Assembly: GCF_009914755.1 (NCBI RefSeq)
Contig: NC_060946.1
Strand: one strand, 5' to 3'
Origin: the human T2T-CHM13v2.0 reference genome, Homo sapiens
Length of the DNA stretch: 64,000 nucleotides
The number at the start of each line of letters is the position of its first letter. Within the stretch, counting starts at the first letter, position 1. Both the position numbers and the translations under genes were made by a program. The notes under the pieces were generated by a model, which was not told where the DNA came from, ran no database searches, and worked only from the letters and a program-made list of their open reading frames with translations. Positions 34,781 to 55,659 of this stretch are shown piece by piece.

Positions 34781-36224
34781 AAAAAAAAAGAGAGAGAGAG
34801 AGAAATCCTGGAAAGGAGAGAATCATGGAAAGTTTGAGAAAAGTTCTCCACACATATGGCCGATTGGAAAAGTATGGAAGTGCAGGAAAGACTCAAGAGA
34901 GTATGACAAAAAGTAAAAATGAAGTAAGACTTGAGTCCTAATTGCAACTTTGAATGCCTTCACCCACCCACCCACAGATTATTTGGCAGAGAGTGGAAGC
35001 CTTACTAGCTTTAATATAATGTCTCTCCAAAATCAAGCTATGCAACAGACACAAAGGAAATCCCTAGAAAGATAGGCTAAAACAACAATAACAACAACAA
35101 CACAATATAAAAGACATCAATGCTGAAAACCACTGGGCAGAAGGATTACACAGCACAAGTATAGGCCAATTACCAAAACAGAACAACAACAAAGACAATA
35201 ACAAATAAAAACCAAATCCAGATTTTCTATAATGTGTAATTAAAGTGTTTAGTTTTCAATTAAAAATTATCAGACATGTAAGGAAACAGGAAAATATGGC
35301 TCATACTCTGGAAAAAAAGCAGTGAATAGAAACTGTCTCAATTCAGATATTGGATTTAGAAAGAAAGTTTTCAAAGTATATATTATAAATATGTTCAAAT
35401 TAAAAATATGATAATGTGCTGTTTAATAGAGAATATGAATAAGGAGACAGAATACTTTTAAAAATAGAATCTAGAATTGAAAAGTACAACAGTTAAAGTG
35501 AAAAAATCACCAGCGAGGTTCAATAGCATATTTGACCTTGTGAAAGAAAGTATCAGTGAACTTGAAGGTAGACCAATAGAGGTTAATCAATCTGAAGAAC
35601 AAAAAGAAAAAAGAATGAAGGATAATAAACAGATCCTCAGAAACTTATGGGATACCATCAGGAGCACTAACATATGCATAATGGGAATTCCAGGAGAAGA
35701 GAGAGATAAGAGGGCAGAAAAATATTTGAAAACATAATGTCTGAAAACTTCAAAAATGCTATGAAAAACATTAATCTTCAGATATAAGAAGTCCAACAAA
35801 TCTCAAGTAGGATAAACACAAATAGATTCACACCTAGAGCCATCCTTGTCAAATTGGTGAAAACCAAGGATAATAAGAAAATCATGAAAGTAGCAAGAGA
35901 CGACTTATCACATACAGGGGAACAATAATGTTATCAATACTGGCATTTTTATCTGAAAAAAATGGAGGCCTTATGAAGCGACATTTCAAAATTGGAGGGA
36001 AAAATAACTGTGAATTAAGAATTCTGTATCCAGTTAAATGATCCTTCAAAAATGAAGCTGAAATAAAGACATTTCCATATAAATAAAAATAAAAAAAACT
36101 TATCCTTGTTAAAGAAACACTAAAGAAAATGCTTTTAAGATTGATATGACACCAGATGGCAACTTGAACCTATAAGGAATAAACGGCACGGGAAATGGAA
36201 AATAAATTTGTAAGTATAAAAGAT

Positions 36225-36259
<35 letters not shown>

Positions 36260-36530
36260 TCTGATTTCATCTCTTTTTTTAAAAAAGCATCTGATTATTA
36301 TAGGCAATAACTATAACAATACTGCTGAGTTCATAGCATATAAGAGATACATTGGATCAAAGTTGCTATATAACACTGGAATTAAGTAAAAATTATTAAA
36401 CCAAAGTAGATTGTAAAAAGTGAAGATGATTGATTATTATAATCCCCAAAGGTACTTGGGAGGCTGTGATAGAAGTATTGTTTGAGGCTAGGAGTTTGAG
36501 ACTAGCCCAAGCAACACAATGAAACTCTGT

Positions 36531-36654
36531 TGATATAGTTTGGATATGTGTCCCTGCCCAAATCTCATGTTGAATTGTAATCCCCAAAGTTGGAGATAGG
36601 TCCTGCTGGGAGGTGAATGGATCATGGGGGCAGATTTCTCATGAATCGTTAGTG
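36531..36654 (+). mobile_element. MSTA/B LTR 5' fragment, truncated against an Alu left arm (36655-36794, minus)
   Basis: tgatatagtttggatatgtgtccctgcccaaatctcatgttg. Confidence 0.85.
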
Positions 36655-37480
36655 CTGGCTAATTTAGTATTTTTAGTAGAGACAGGGTTTCTCCATGTTG
36701 GTCAGGCTGGTCTTGAACTCCTGACCTCAGGTGATCCACCCGCCTCAGCCTCCCAAAGTGCTGGGATTACAGGCATGAGCCATGGTGACTGGCCTAAGCT
36801 TTACTTTCTAAAAATTATATTAAAATTGATATTTCTCTATTATCTAATCATAAATTATATCAAATATTCTGTTTTGAATTTTATTTTTCCCTTTAAACAT
36901 AAAGACACACATTCAGTTCATTGTGCTAGATAAATTACCAGTGCGATCACAAATTAAGAAATGCAATTCAAAGAATTTTGCATACAAGGAGTCCCGAAAG
37001 TGTTAATAATTTTTGATGCAAAGATAATTTTATGAAAGTAATAGAAGACTAAAAAAACGTACAAAACAATTATTATGTAAGTAGCTTCCTTTTTCTGAAT
37101 CACCCATGATTACTTTTTCCACCAAGCAAAAACTGACAACATACATCAGACCTGTCTCAAATCTCCCCAGCCTCTTTTCCTAAACCTCCCCAGCCTCTCA
37201 GGACAGACAGGCTGCTCCTGTACTTTGTGCATTCTGCTATTTTTAGCAAGAGGCCTATTTTGTCAGTGTTGTCTGAATAATATTTGCCACCTCTCAGACT
37301 TGCAGTCACTTATTTGTTTATTTATTTATTTGTCTCCTTTTCTTGTATTTCCCTTTTCCTTTTCTTTCCTTTCTTTTTCCCTTTCCTCCTCCCTTCCTTT
37401 GCTTACTTATTTTTTTCCCTTTAATTCCCATTCACTATTTCCATGACTGTCAAATAGTAGGTTGATCCTTTAAAATATTC

Positions 37481-37582
37481 TTTTTTTAAAATTTATTGTA
37501 CTTTAAGTTCTGGGATACATGTGCAGAACGTGCAGGTTTGTTACATAGGTATACACGTGCCGTGTGGTTTGCTGCACCCATC
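37481..37582 (-). mobile_element. L1PA7-like 3' tip
   Basis: tactttaagttctgggatacatgtgcagaacgtgcagg...ctgcacccatc. Confidence 0.9.
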
Positions 37583-37619
37583 TACAATATATCTTAAAAT
37601 GAATAAAAGTGGAAACACA

Positions 37620-39500
37620 CAGGAGACAGGGTGTATGGGGTGAGTGGGTTGCCAAGTGGATGGTGGCAGGGTGTTCCAGGGTGGCCAGTGGGGCTAAGTG
37701 TTGTGTATTCCAAGCATGGCGGGGTTCCTGCCTTCCTGTGTGGCAGACTGTGGCATCAGGTAAGAGCCACTCAGTGCCCACCCTGGCTCCTCCATTGCCT
37801 TGCTCTCAGTCCCTGACATCCAGCCCACACCTGGAGATTGAGCTGCACCCACTGCTCTGGGTCTCAGCTCTGTGATCACCTCAGTAGATATTCCGAGCTT
37901 GGCTAGGCAGTCAACACTGAGCCATAGTTTACTATTCTTTCATGCATTTCTATCAGAGAGTCAGCAAAGGTAGTTGACAAAGCCCAAGGGAGAATGTTGA
38001 GGGGAGTTGATGAGCTTGACTTTTTCACACAGGATGAAGCCATTGATAAATCTATGTATGCTACAAAGTGGTCAATATGACATGGAATCACTGAAGACTG
38101 GGATATTATGGAAAGGTTCATGGAGCAAGTGGTTTTTAAATATCTTTGAGCAGAATCTGAGGACCATTATTTTTTAATGACAGAACTTCCACTGAATACA
38201 CTAGAAAATACAGAATATTTTTGCAGAAATTATGTTTGAATTATTTAATGTACCAGGATTCTACATTGCAGTTCAGGAGGTACTAGCCTTGGAAGTATCT
38301 TGAACATCTCAACAAGTGGGTGAATATATGTTAATGAGTATAGTCATTGACAAAGGAGATGGAGTCACCCTTATTCTCCCAGTTGTAGAAGGTTATGTAA
38401 TTGGGAGCTGCATCAATCACATCCTGATTGTAGGTGATACTGTGTATTTCATTCAACAACTGCTAAGGGAGAGGGAGGTAGGAATCCCTCTTGAGCAGTC
38501 ACTGGAGACCACAAAAGCCATTAAGGAGAAATACTGTTACATTTGCCCTGATATAGTCAAGGAATTTGCTAAGTATGATGTGGATCCCTGGAAGTGGATC
38601 AAACAGTACACAGGTATCAATGTGATCAACCAGGATAAGTTCATAATAGACGTTGGTTACAAAAGGTTCCTACAACCTGAAATATTTTTTTACCCAGAAT
38701 GTTGTTGATGAATACAAAACTGTCCCATTGATGTGCATTGTCCACTGTATAAGAATGTTGTTCTTTCAAGGGGTTTGACCATATTCAGGGATTTGAATCT
38801 CAACTACAGAGAGATTTGAAGAGTGGTACATGCCAGATTAAAACTCAGTAAGGAGCTCAGTGGCAGGAGAATCAAACCCAAGCTTACAAAGGCTGGGGTG
38901 GTAATCCATCACATGCAGCACTATGCCTTATGGTTTGGAAGCTTAATGCTAGCCTCAACTCTGGAGTTATTTCAGGTCTGTCACACCAAGAAGGACTATA
39001 AAGAATATGGCCCCAGCATCTGCCATCAGAGCCTTCTCTTTGGAGTAATGTCTTAGTGTCTGCCTTGAAAGCATCATTTAATAGTGTCACGTTGGGGAAC
39101 AAGTGTCCTTCAGAACCCAGAGAAGACTACCATTTCTAAATGACATTTGGTGTTGATGTCTGAGCAGCATGCTTGCATCACCTAGTGCATGAGGCACAGG
39201 GCAGAGTCATTTCAGTAAAAGCCATTTCTTTATGTGTTGACTGTTGTATGCCCACTCCTCCTTCTCTCACTCCTTTTCTTCATGCTTCCGCAGTTTCCCT
39301 CCTCCTTTTCACTTGAACTTTTTTGTTGACAAATATCATTCTGAAGGAATTCAAATGTGACTCTGAAAATTGTTAAGAGGAAAAAAAATTTCAAAAATGG
39401 CCCAAAATAGTTCTCCCCCAGGAAAGAATGCAGTGGTATAAATCCTTTTCCCCCAGCCTATTTTTATAAATAAAATGTTATAAACTTAAAATACAAAAAA
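37620..39500 (+). pseudogene. ACTR3BP: Processed ACTR3B (Arp3-beta) pseudogene: 5'UTR, ATG 37716, stop 39054-39056, 3'UTR, AATAAA 39469-39474, A-rich tail
   Basis: Intronless Arp3 peptides [59 protein letters not shown]...FGVMS*. B-type residues (NVVLS, RIKPK, EYGP). Many stops and frameshifts. Confidence 0.95.
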
Positions 39501-40918
39501 CCAATAACATAGCAAAATTTACAGGATGCAATTAAAGCAGTGTATAGAGGAAAATGTATAGCTTTAAAAACAGAAAGAAAAAATAATCTAAAATTGATAA
39601 TTAAAACTTCCATCTTAAGACTCTAGAAAAAGAGGAGTAAACCAAGCCGAAAGTAAGTAGGATGTATGAAATAAAAATGTCACAGTGGAAAACGATAAAT
39701 ACAGAACAGGATAACATTAAAAACAACCAAAGAAACCCAAAATTGCTTATTTCAGAAAGTCAAGAAGATAAATGATATTTAGTTAAATTGACCAAGAAAA
39801 AAGAAAGAAGACACTAATCCCCAAAATCAAGAATCAAAGAGAAATATCACCACAGACCCTACCCTTAAAAGGATGTTAAGAAAATAGCATAATAACTTTA
39901 AGGCAAAAAATTTGACAACTTAGATAAAATAGAACAATTCCTAGAAAGACACAAATTACCAAACCTGACTCAAGGCAAAAGAAAAAAAACAAATACCAAT
40001 ATCAAGTAAAGAAATTGCATCAGTAATTTCAAATCTTCCTATAGAGAAAAAATATACTTCACTGGTGAATTCTATCAAACTATTAAGGGAGGAAATAATA
40101 CCAATGTTACAAAAACTTTATTCAGCAAATAGAGGATGAAGGAAACTTCCCAACTAACTTTATTTCATTTGATATCAATATTACCCTGATATCAAAACAA
40201 GACAAAGACATTACAAGAAAACACAGCTATATACCAATATCCCTTGTGAACATAGACATAAAAATTCTTAACCAAATATTAGCAAATGTAATTGAGCAAC
40301 ATATGAAAAGGATTTTATACCACAATCAAATGAAGTTTATCTCAGGAATGTGAGGTTGACTTAACATCCAAAAATCAATGTAATAAACTATATTAACAGA
40401 ATAAAGGACAAAACCATATGATCACCTCAATAGATGCAGAAAAGCATTTGACAGAATTCAACACTCATATATTAAAAACAAATCTCATCAACTTATGAAT
40501 AGAAGGGAACTTCTTCAAATGATCAAGGCATCTACCAGAAGCCTATAGCCAACATACTTAATGGTAAGAATGTGCTTCCCTCTAGATTAGGAAACATGCA
40601 AAGATATCTGTGTTTACCACTTCTATTTAACAATGCACCACAGGTCTTAATTTGTGCAATAGTCAAGGAAAAAAGATATGGAAAAAAGACAACTATTTTT
40701 ATTGTTAGCCTTGTATGCAGAAAATCCTAAGGAACACACCCACACCCACATCCACATACCACACCCCCTCCCAGACTTACTAGAACTAAGAGGGGGGCTT
40801 AGTAAGTTTGTAGAGTATATGATCAATATACAAAAATCAGTTATATATATAGTAGCAACAAACAATACAAAGATGAAATAAAGAAAACAATTCCAATCAC
40901 AATAGCATCAAAAATAAA

Positions 40919-43523
40919 TGTCTTAGTTTGTTTTATGTTGTTATAATAGAACACCTGAGACTGTATAAAGAGTTTTATTTAGCTCATGTTTCTCCAGACT
41001 GGGAAGTTCAAGAAGCATGGCACCAGTATCTGCTTAGCTTCTGGTGAGGGCTTTAGCAGTGCATCACAACATGGCAGAAGACCAAAGAGGAAGTGGGAAT
41101 GTGCCAAGAGGCCAAACACAAGGTATAACCTTGTACAATGGGTTGCTTTATAACAATTCATTCTCAGGGCAACTAATCTATTCCCACAGGAACCAATCCA
41201 GTTTCATGAGAGCAAGAACTCACTCACTATATGAGGACTGCACCAAGCTGCTCAAAATGACAGAGCCCCCATGACCCAAGCATCTCCCATTACGCCCTAC
41301 CTCTTAAAGGTTCCAACATGATTTTTGACAGAAAAAAGGAAACCGTGGCATTCCACGCTTGGAACCCCAAACTCATGTCCCTCTTACACTACAAAATGTA
41401 ATTATTCAATCTCAATGGTCCCCAAAGTCTTAATCTATTCCAGTAACAATTCAAAGGTTAAAGTCCAAAGTCTCATATAAGACTCAAGGCAAGTTCCTTC
41501 TAGCTATGAGCCTGTAAAATAAAAAAAAAAAACAAGTTATTTACTTCCAAGATACAATGGTGGAATAGTCATATGGCAGACAGTTCCATTCCAAAAGGGA
41601 GAAATAGGCCAAAAGAAGAAAGAGGTGACAGGCCTCAAGCAAGTTCAAAACTCAGCAGGGCAGACACTAAATCTTAAAGCTCCAGAATAATTCTCCACTC
41701 CATGTGCTACCTCCTGGGCACAGTGGGGAGTTTTTATCCCTTCAGCCTTGGGCAGCCCCACCTCCATTGCTTTGTTGGGCATAGCCACATGGCTACTCTC
41801 ACTGGTTGGAGTTGGATACCTGTGGCCTTTCCAGGCTGAGGTTGCATGGTGGCAATGGCTCTATAGTTCTGGAGTCCCAGTGGTGGTCCACTTCATGGAT
41901 TCACTAGGCATTGCCCTGGTATAGACTCTTTGTGGCAGCTCCAACCCTACATTTCTGCTCAGCATTGCCCTAGGGGAGGTACACTGCAGAGACTCTGGCC
42001 CTGCAACAAGTCTCCACCTGAGCTCCCAGTCTTTTCAGTACATTCCTTAAAATCTAGGTGGCAGCCACTATGCCTCTACATCTCTTGTATTCTGCACATC
42101 TGCAAAACAATTACCACATGGTTGTAAAAGCCATCAAGGCTTACCGCTTGCACCCTCCAGAGTGCTGTCATGAGCTGTATCTGAGGCTGCTTGATCCATG
42201 ACTGCGTGCCACCAAGTTTTATGGTTTGTATCTTTTGGAATGGCAGCCTGAGCCACACCTGAGTATGATTGTGCCATGGGTGGGGTGGCTGCTGAGGGCT
42301 GTGCCAGAATTTGGGGAGCAGGATCTCAAAACAGCACAGGGCAGTGATGCATGGGTTCTGTCTCTTAAAACCATTCTGTCCTCTTAGACCTCTGGAGAGG
42401 CAACCTCAAAAATTTCTGAAATGTCTTCAGGGCCTTTAAAAAATTGTCTCAATAATTGTCAACTGGCTTTCTTCTCTCAGTGCTAATCTCTTTAGTATTG
42501 GTTGTTCTGCTGCACCCTTGGATTCCTCACCTGAAAATGCTCTTTCATTCTCTTCCACATGGCCAGGCTATTAATTTTCAAATTTTTGTGTTTGCTTCCC
42601 TTGTCGTTTTGCATTTCACTGAATGTAGTAAGGAGTAACTACATAGCTGCTCTATATTTTGCTTAGAAATTTCTTCTGACAGGTACCCTATTTCATCACT
42701 CTTAAGTTTGGCCTTCCACAAAACCTTAGGGCACAAAGCCTTAGAAACAACACAGTCAAATTTTTGCTATGGTCTAACAAAGATGACTTGGTCTCCAGTT
42801 CCTAATACCTTGTTCCTCATTTCTATCTGAGATCTCATTAGAATGGCCTTTGCTGTCCATATTTTTATCAGCATTGTGGTAATGACTACTTAACCAATCT
42901 CTAAGAAATTCTAAACTTTCTCTAATCTTTTTGTTGTCTTTTGAGCCCTCACTGAAATTATCCTTAACGCTCTGTTTACGGCAATACAGTCTTTTTCTAG
43001 TCTGCTCCTTCAAACTTTTCCAACTTCTGCCCATTACCCACTTCCAATGATGCTTCTGCATTTTTGAGGATCTAAATAGCAACATCCCACTCTCAGTACC
43101 AATTTTCTGTCTTAGTCTGTTTTGTGTTGCTATAACAGAATACCGGAGACTGAGTAATTTATAAAGAGATATATTTGGCTTGCAGTTCTGCAGGCTGGAA
43201 AGAATGACACTGGCGTCTGCTTGGGTTCTGGTGAAAGCTTTAGTGTTGTGTCACAACATGGTAGAATAAGGTCAAAGGGGAGTAGGCATGTACCAGGAGG
43301 CCAAGCATGAAGTGTGACCTCACCGTATAGCAACTCATTCTCATGGTAACTAATCCATTCCTGAGAGAACTAATCTCATGAGAGTGAGAACTTACTCACC
43401 AGTGTAAGAATAGTACCAAGCTGCCCACAAAGGAAGAGCTCCCAAGACCCAAACACTTCCCATTAGGCCCCACCTCTTAAGCATTCCAACATGAGTTTTG
43501 GTAGAGACACTCAAACTATAGCA
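40919..43523 (-). mobile_element. Complete MaLR provirus (MSTB/C-like): LTR 40919-41350, internal 41351-43107, LTR 43108-43523
   Basis: Two direct LTRs starting tgtcttagt. Flanks ataaa/ataat. ORF 42774-43085 (QKHHWKWVMGRSWKSLKEQ) resembles the MaLR internal ORF remnant. Confidence 0.9.
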
Positions 43524-44284
43524 ATAATAATTAGGAATAAATTTAACAAAATAAGTGTGAAACCTTTGCACTGAAAACTAAAAAACATCACTCAGATAAA
43601 TGCCTAAATAAATAGAGAGATATATCAAATTAATGGATTAGATGACCCAATATTGTTAGATGTCAATTGATCTACAAATTAACTGCAATTCATGCCAAAA
43701 GTCTAGAAAGATTATTGGAAAAATTGACAAGCTGATTCTAAAATTATATAGAAATAGAAAAATACCTAGAATAGCCAAAACAATCTTGCTAAGTAAGAAT
43801 GAAGTTAGAGTACTTAATGTTGCCTTATTTTAAAATTCAGTGTAAAGCAACAGTAGTCAAGACAGTGTAGAATCCACATTAAGAGAGATAGATAGATCAA
43901 TGGAACTAAGTGGAGTTCAGAATCCAACCAAATAAATAGTCAATTAATTTTCATCAAAGATGCTAAGACAATTCAATAGGAAAAAGATGTTCTTTCGACA
44001 AATGATTCTATAAGAACTGGTTATTTATTTACAAAAACTAAACCTAGATCCTTAGGTCATATACGAAAATAAACTAAAATGGATCATAGACCTAATTGTA
44101 TGAGCTAAAACTGTAAAACTTCTAGGAAAAAAAATATAGGAAAAATATTTATGACCTTGGACTAAGAAAAGTTTTCTTAGATATAATATCAAAAACATGT
44201 TCCATAAAAGAAAAACAGTTAAATTGCATTTCACCAAAATGATGAAATCTTTGCTTTTCAAATATTTCTTAAATAAATGAAAAG

Positions 44285-49980
<5,696 letters not shown>

Positions 49981-50160
49981 ACTTCAGCCTTCGAGTAGCT
50001 ATCAGGTGCGCCACCATGCCCAGCTAATTTTTGTGTTTTTAGTAGAGATGGGGTTTCACCATGTTGCCTAGGTTAGTCTTGAACTCCTGGGCTCAGGTGA
50101 TCTGCTCGCCTTGGCCTCCCAAAATGCTAGGATTACAGGCGTGAGCCACTGTGCCCAGCC
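49981..50160 (-). mobile_element. Partial Alu at the L1 truncation junction
   Basis: Reverse left arm plus part of the right arm. Confidence 0.9.
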
Positions 50161-50179
50161 AATCTATGTAACTTTTCAT

Positions 50180-52620
<2,441 letters not shown>

Positions 52621-52627
52621 AGGAGCT

Positions 52628-52940
52628 TTTATTTTATTTTATTATTTTTAAAGAGACAGGGTCTTGCCCTGTTGCCTGGGTTGGAATAGTGGCACGATCA
52701 TATATCTCACAGCATCCTTGAACTCCTGGGTTCTAGGGAACCTCTGCCTTAGCCTCCTGAGTAGCTGGGACTACAGGCACACACCACAATGCCTAGATAA
52801 TTTTAAAAAAGTTTTTATTTTGTAGAGATGAAGTCTCACTATGTTGCCCAAGCTAGCCTCAAACTCTTGGCTTCAAATGATTCTTCCACCTTGGTGCCCC
52901 GAAGTGTTGGGATTACAGGCATCAGTCATGGCACCTGGCC
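52628..52940 (-). mobile_element. AluJ
   Basis: Diverged reverse dimer. Confidence 0.88.
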
Positions 52941-53191
52941 TGAGCAGGTTTTAATAAGTCACCCCATGTTTGGAGAATTTCTAACATTATTAATATTACT
53001 TTCCCAATGCAGAAGCCAGGAACACAAGTTTATAAACTTCCTTTGTCATGAAGGCACAGACACATGATGAATACACTGCTACTGACATTAATTTCTGCTT
53101 TTATCTGCATAGCTGGTACCTCCAGGAAAAGGAGAGGAATGAGGTTGGAAAATAGTACACAGGAAGCTTCAACTATATCTATAATGATTTT

Positions 53192-53192
53192 A

Positions 53193-53240
<48 letters not shown>

Positions 53241-53498
53241 TGAGGCTGGAGTGCAGTGGCGCAATCTTGGCTCACTGCGACCTCTGCCTCCTGGGTTCAA
53301 GCCATTCGCCTGCCTCAGCCTCTTGAGTAGCTGGGACTACAGGTGCATGCCATGATGTCTGGTTAATTTTGTATTTTTTAGTAGAGATGGGGTTTCACCA
53401 TGTTGGCCAGGCTGGTTTGAACACCCAACCTCAGGTGATCTGCCCGCCTCAGCCCCCAAAGTGCTGGGATTACTGGTGTGAACTACCGTGCCTGGCCA
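53192..53498 (-). mobile_element. AluS with (TA)n plus polyT tail
   Basis: Reverse Alu. Confidence 0.92.
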
Positions 53499-54275
53499 GA
53501 TAATGTTTAAATTAGAAGGTTGCATGCATAAATATGATATCTTGGTCATTGATGAGACCACATAGACAAACTATATAAAAGGAAAAGAGGAAAAGGCCCA
53601 GGTCTAAGTCCTGAGTGATATTTCATATTTAGAAGTTAGGAAAAGAAGAATGGAATATGGAAGACAAGAAAGGAAGAAGCAGTGAAGAAAGAAGAAAACT
53701 AGTAAGTGGTGCCTCAGAATTAGAAAAAAAAAAAGACAAGTGTTTCAATAAGAGAGTGAACATTGGCGTCAAAAGCTGCAAAGATCTTGAATACGATGCA
53801 GACAGAAATGTTCACTGTAATATACAGGCCAGCGTGCATTTGTTGCTTGCTGGAGTAGTCAAGTTTTATTTCTGACAAGTCTGCAGTTCCAGGGAGCCTC
53901 TCCCTGGCTGAGAAACTCTCACCCATCCATCTGTCAGGGAGAGTTTGCTGTGCATCCCAAGTATCTTAGAATTGGGTAGATGTTTAGCTTTAATTAGTTT
54001 GACCTTGAGTCTAGCAACAGGAGAGGGAACAGGCAGTGAAGAGGTTGTGAATGATGTCCCAGCAGCAGGAGAAAGGGAGTGTCATTATCATTCCTGGTCT
54101 TCTCACAGTACTCTGAATACAGAGAGTGAGGAAGATTAGGGGGCCCTGTCTGCTGACTCCCTGATGATCTCAGACCCTCTCTGCTCTTTCTGGATGGTGA
54201 CCTGTTAATTCTGGCATACTATTACTGATAATATATTTATCCTTTTCACTGTGATTTGCCCAATTGTTGCTTTAG

Positions 54276-54360
54276 CACTGGACCTTGTCAAGAAGTTGTT
54301 GGTAGTGGATCCAAAGGCACGTTTTATGACAGAAGAAGCCTTAAGACACCGTGGCTTCAG
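54276..54360 (+). pseudogene. CHEK2P: CHEK2P exon (about exon 13), 85 bp, 1-bp deletion at the His-Pro codons
   Basis: tttag|[25 protein letters not shown], then frameshift (cacCGtggcttcag)|gtgggt. Confidence 0.95.
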
Positions 54361-54472
54361 GTGGGTGTGGGACAGTGCCTGCAAGCATAAAATACATGGG
54401 AAGCCCTGCTGCCTGAGAGACATGAGACAGAGGACAGAAACATGTTTAGTCTGTTTAATCTAATTGTTTTAG

Positions 54473-54725
<253 letters not shown>

Positions 54726-55297
54726 ACAACCTTTTTGATGTTACTCATGGCTGTTGGATGTACAAGCTCACTTTATGTCCTGTTCTGGTTCCACTTGGCT
54801 GCCCCAAGTCTCCAGTCTGGCCTGTGTTCTTTTGAGGGCTTGTTCTGGCTCTACTCCCAGCCATGTCCACTGCTCTTCATAGTTGGGGTGCATTCCAGCC
54901 ATCTTCAACCTTAAATCAGGGAAGCGGGGGAGGGGGAGGAGGGCAGCCTCCCTGGGGAGAATCCAGCTATTTCTCAAGCTCAAGTGACTGGGTATAAAGG
55001 GTCCCACTGCTTGTTCATTCAGGTGAGTAAATGTGTCCTTAGTGAAGGCTGTCACCTGCACCTTTCATCTGTGTTACTGCTGTGCTCCTGCTAGGGGTTG
55101 GGGCTGCCATTATTAAATGCTGACCTCATTTGGAACTGCCAAGAGTTGGAAGTACGTTTTGGCTTTGCTGGATTAATCTTTAGTTTTGGAATTAGCTACG
55201 CCATTGGGCAGGTTTTCTGATAGATGTCTGGTCTTCTGTAACGAGCAGTTCCATTCAACACAGCCATGTCCCTTTCTATTAATTTTCTTTTGGTCTG

Positions 55298-55659
55298 TGT
55301 ATCAGTCTGTTCTCACACTGCTATAAAGAACTGCCCAAGACTGGGTAATTTATAAAGAAAGGAAGTTTAATTGACTCACAGCTCCACATGGCTGGGGAGG
55401 CCTCAGGAAACTTACAATCATGGTGGAAGGGGAAGAAGGCCTGTCTTAATGGCAGCAGGTGAGAGAGCTTGTGAAGGAAGTGAAGGGCGAAGAGCCTTTT
55501 ATGAAACTGTCAGATCTCGTGAGAACTCACTATCACGAGAATAGCCTGGAGGAAACTGCCACCATGAGCCAATCACCTCTCAACAGGTCCCTTTCTCAAC
55601 ACCTGGGGATTACAATTTGAGATGAGATTTGAGTAGGGACATAAAGCCAAACTGTATGA
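55298..55659 (-). mobile_element. MSTA-like solo LTR
   Basis: tgtatcagtctgttctcacactgctataaagaac...gccaaactgtatga. Confidence 0.88.

Larger units (their letters stand above)
33270..44284 (+). mobile_element. Ancient L1M scaffold (5' region, ORF1 about 35270-36130, ORF2 pieces 39500-40918 and 43524-44284) hosting later insertions
   Basis: ORF 35477-35737 (LRNLWDTIRSTNICIMGIPGEE) is L1 ORF1-like. Colinear, diverged ORF2 pieces follow. Confidence 0.7.

Noticed and set aside
38316-39056. Actin-like ORFs as a functional gene
   Set aside because: Fragments of the ACTR3B retrocopy separated by stops and frameshifts.
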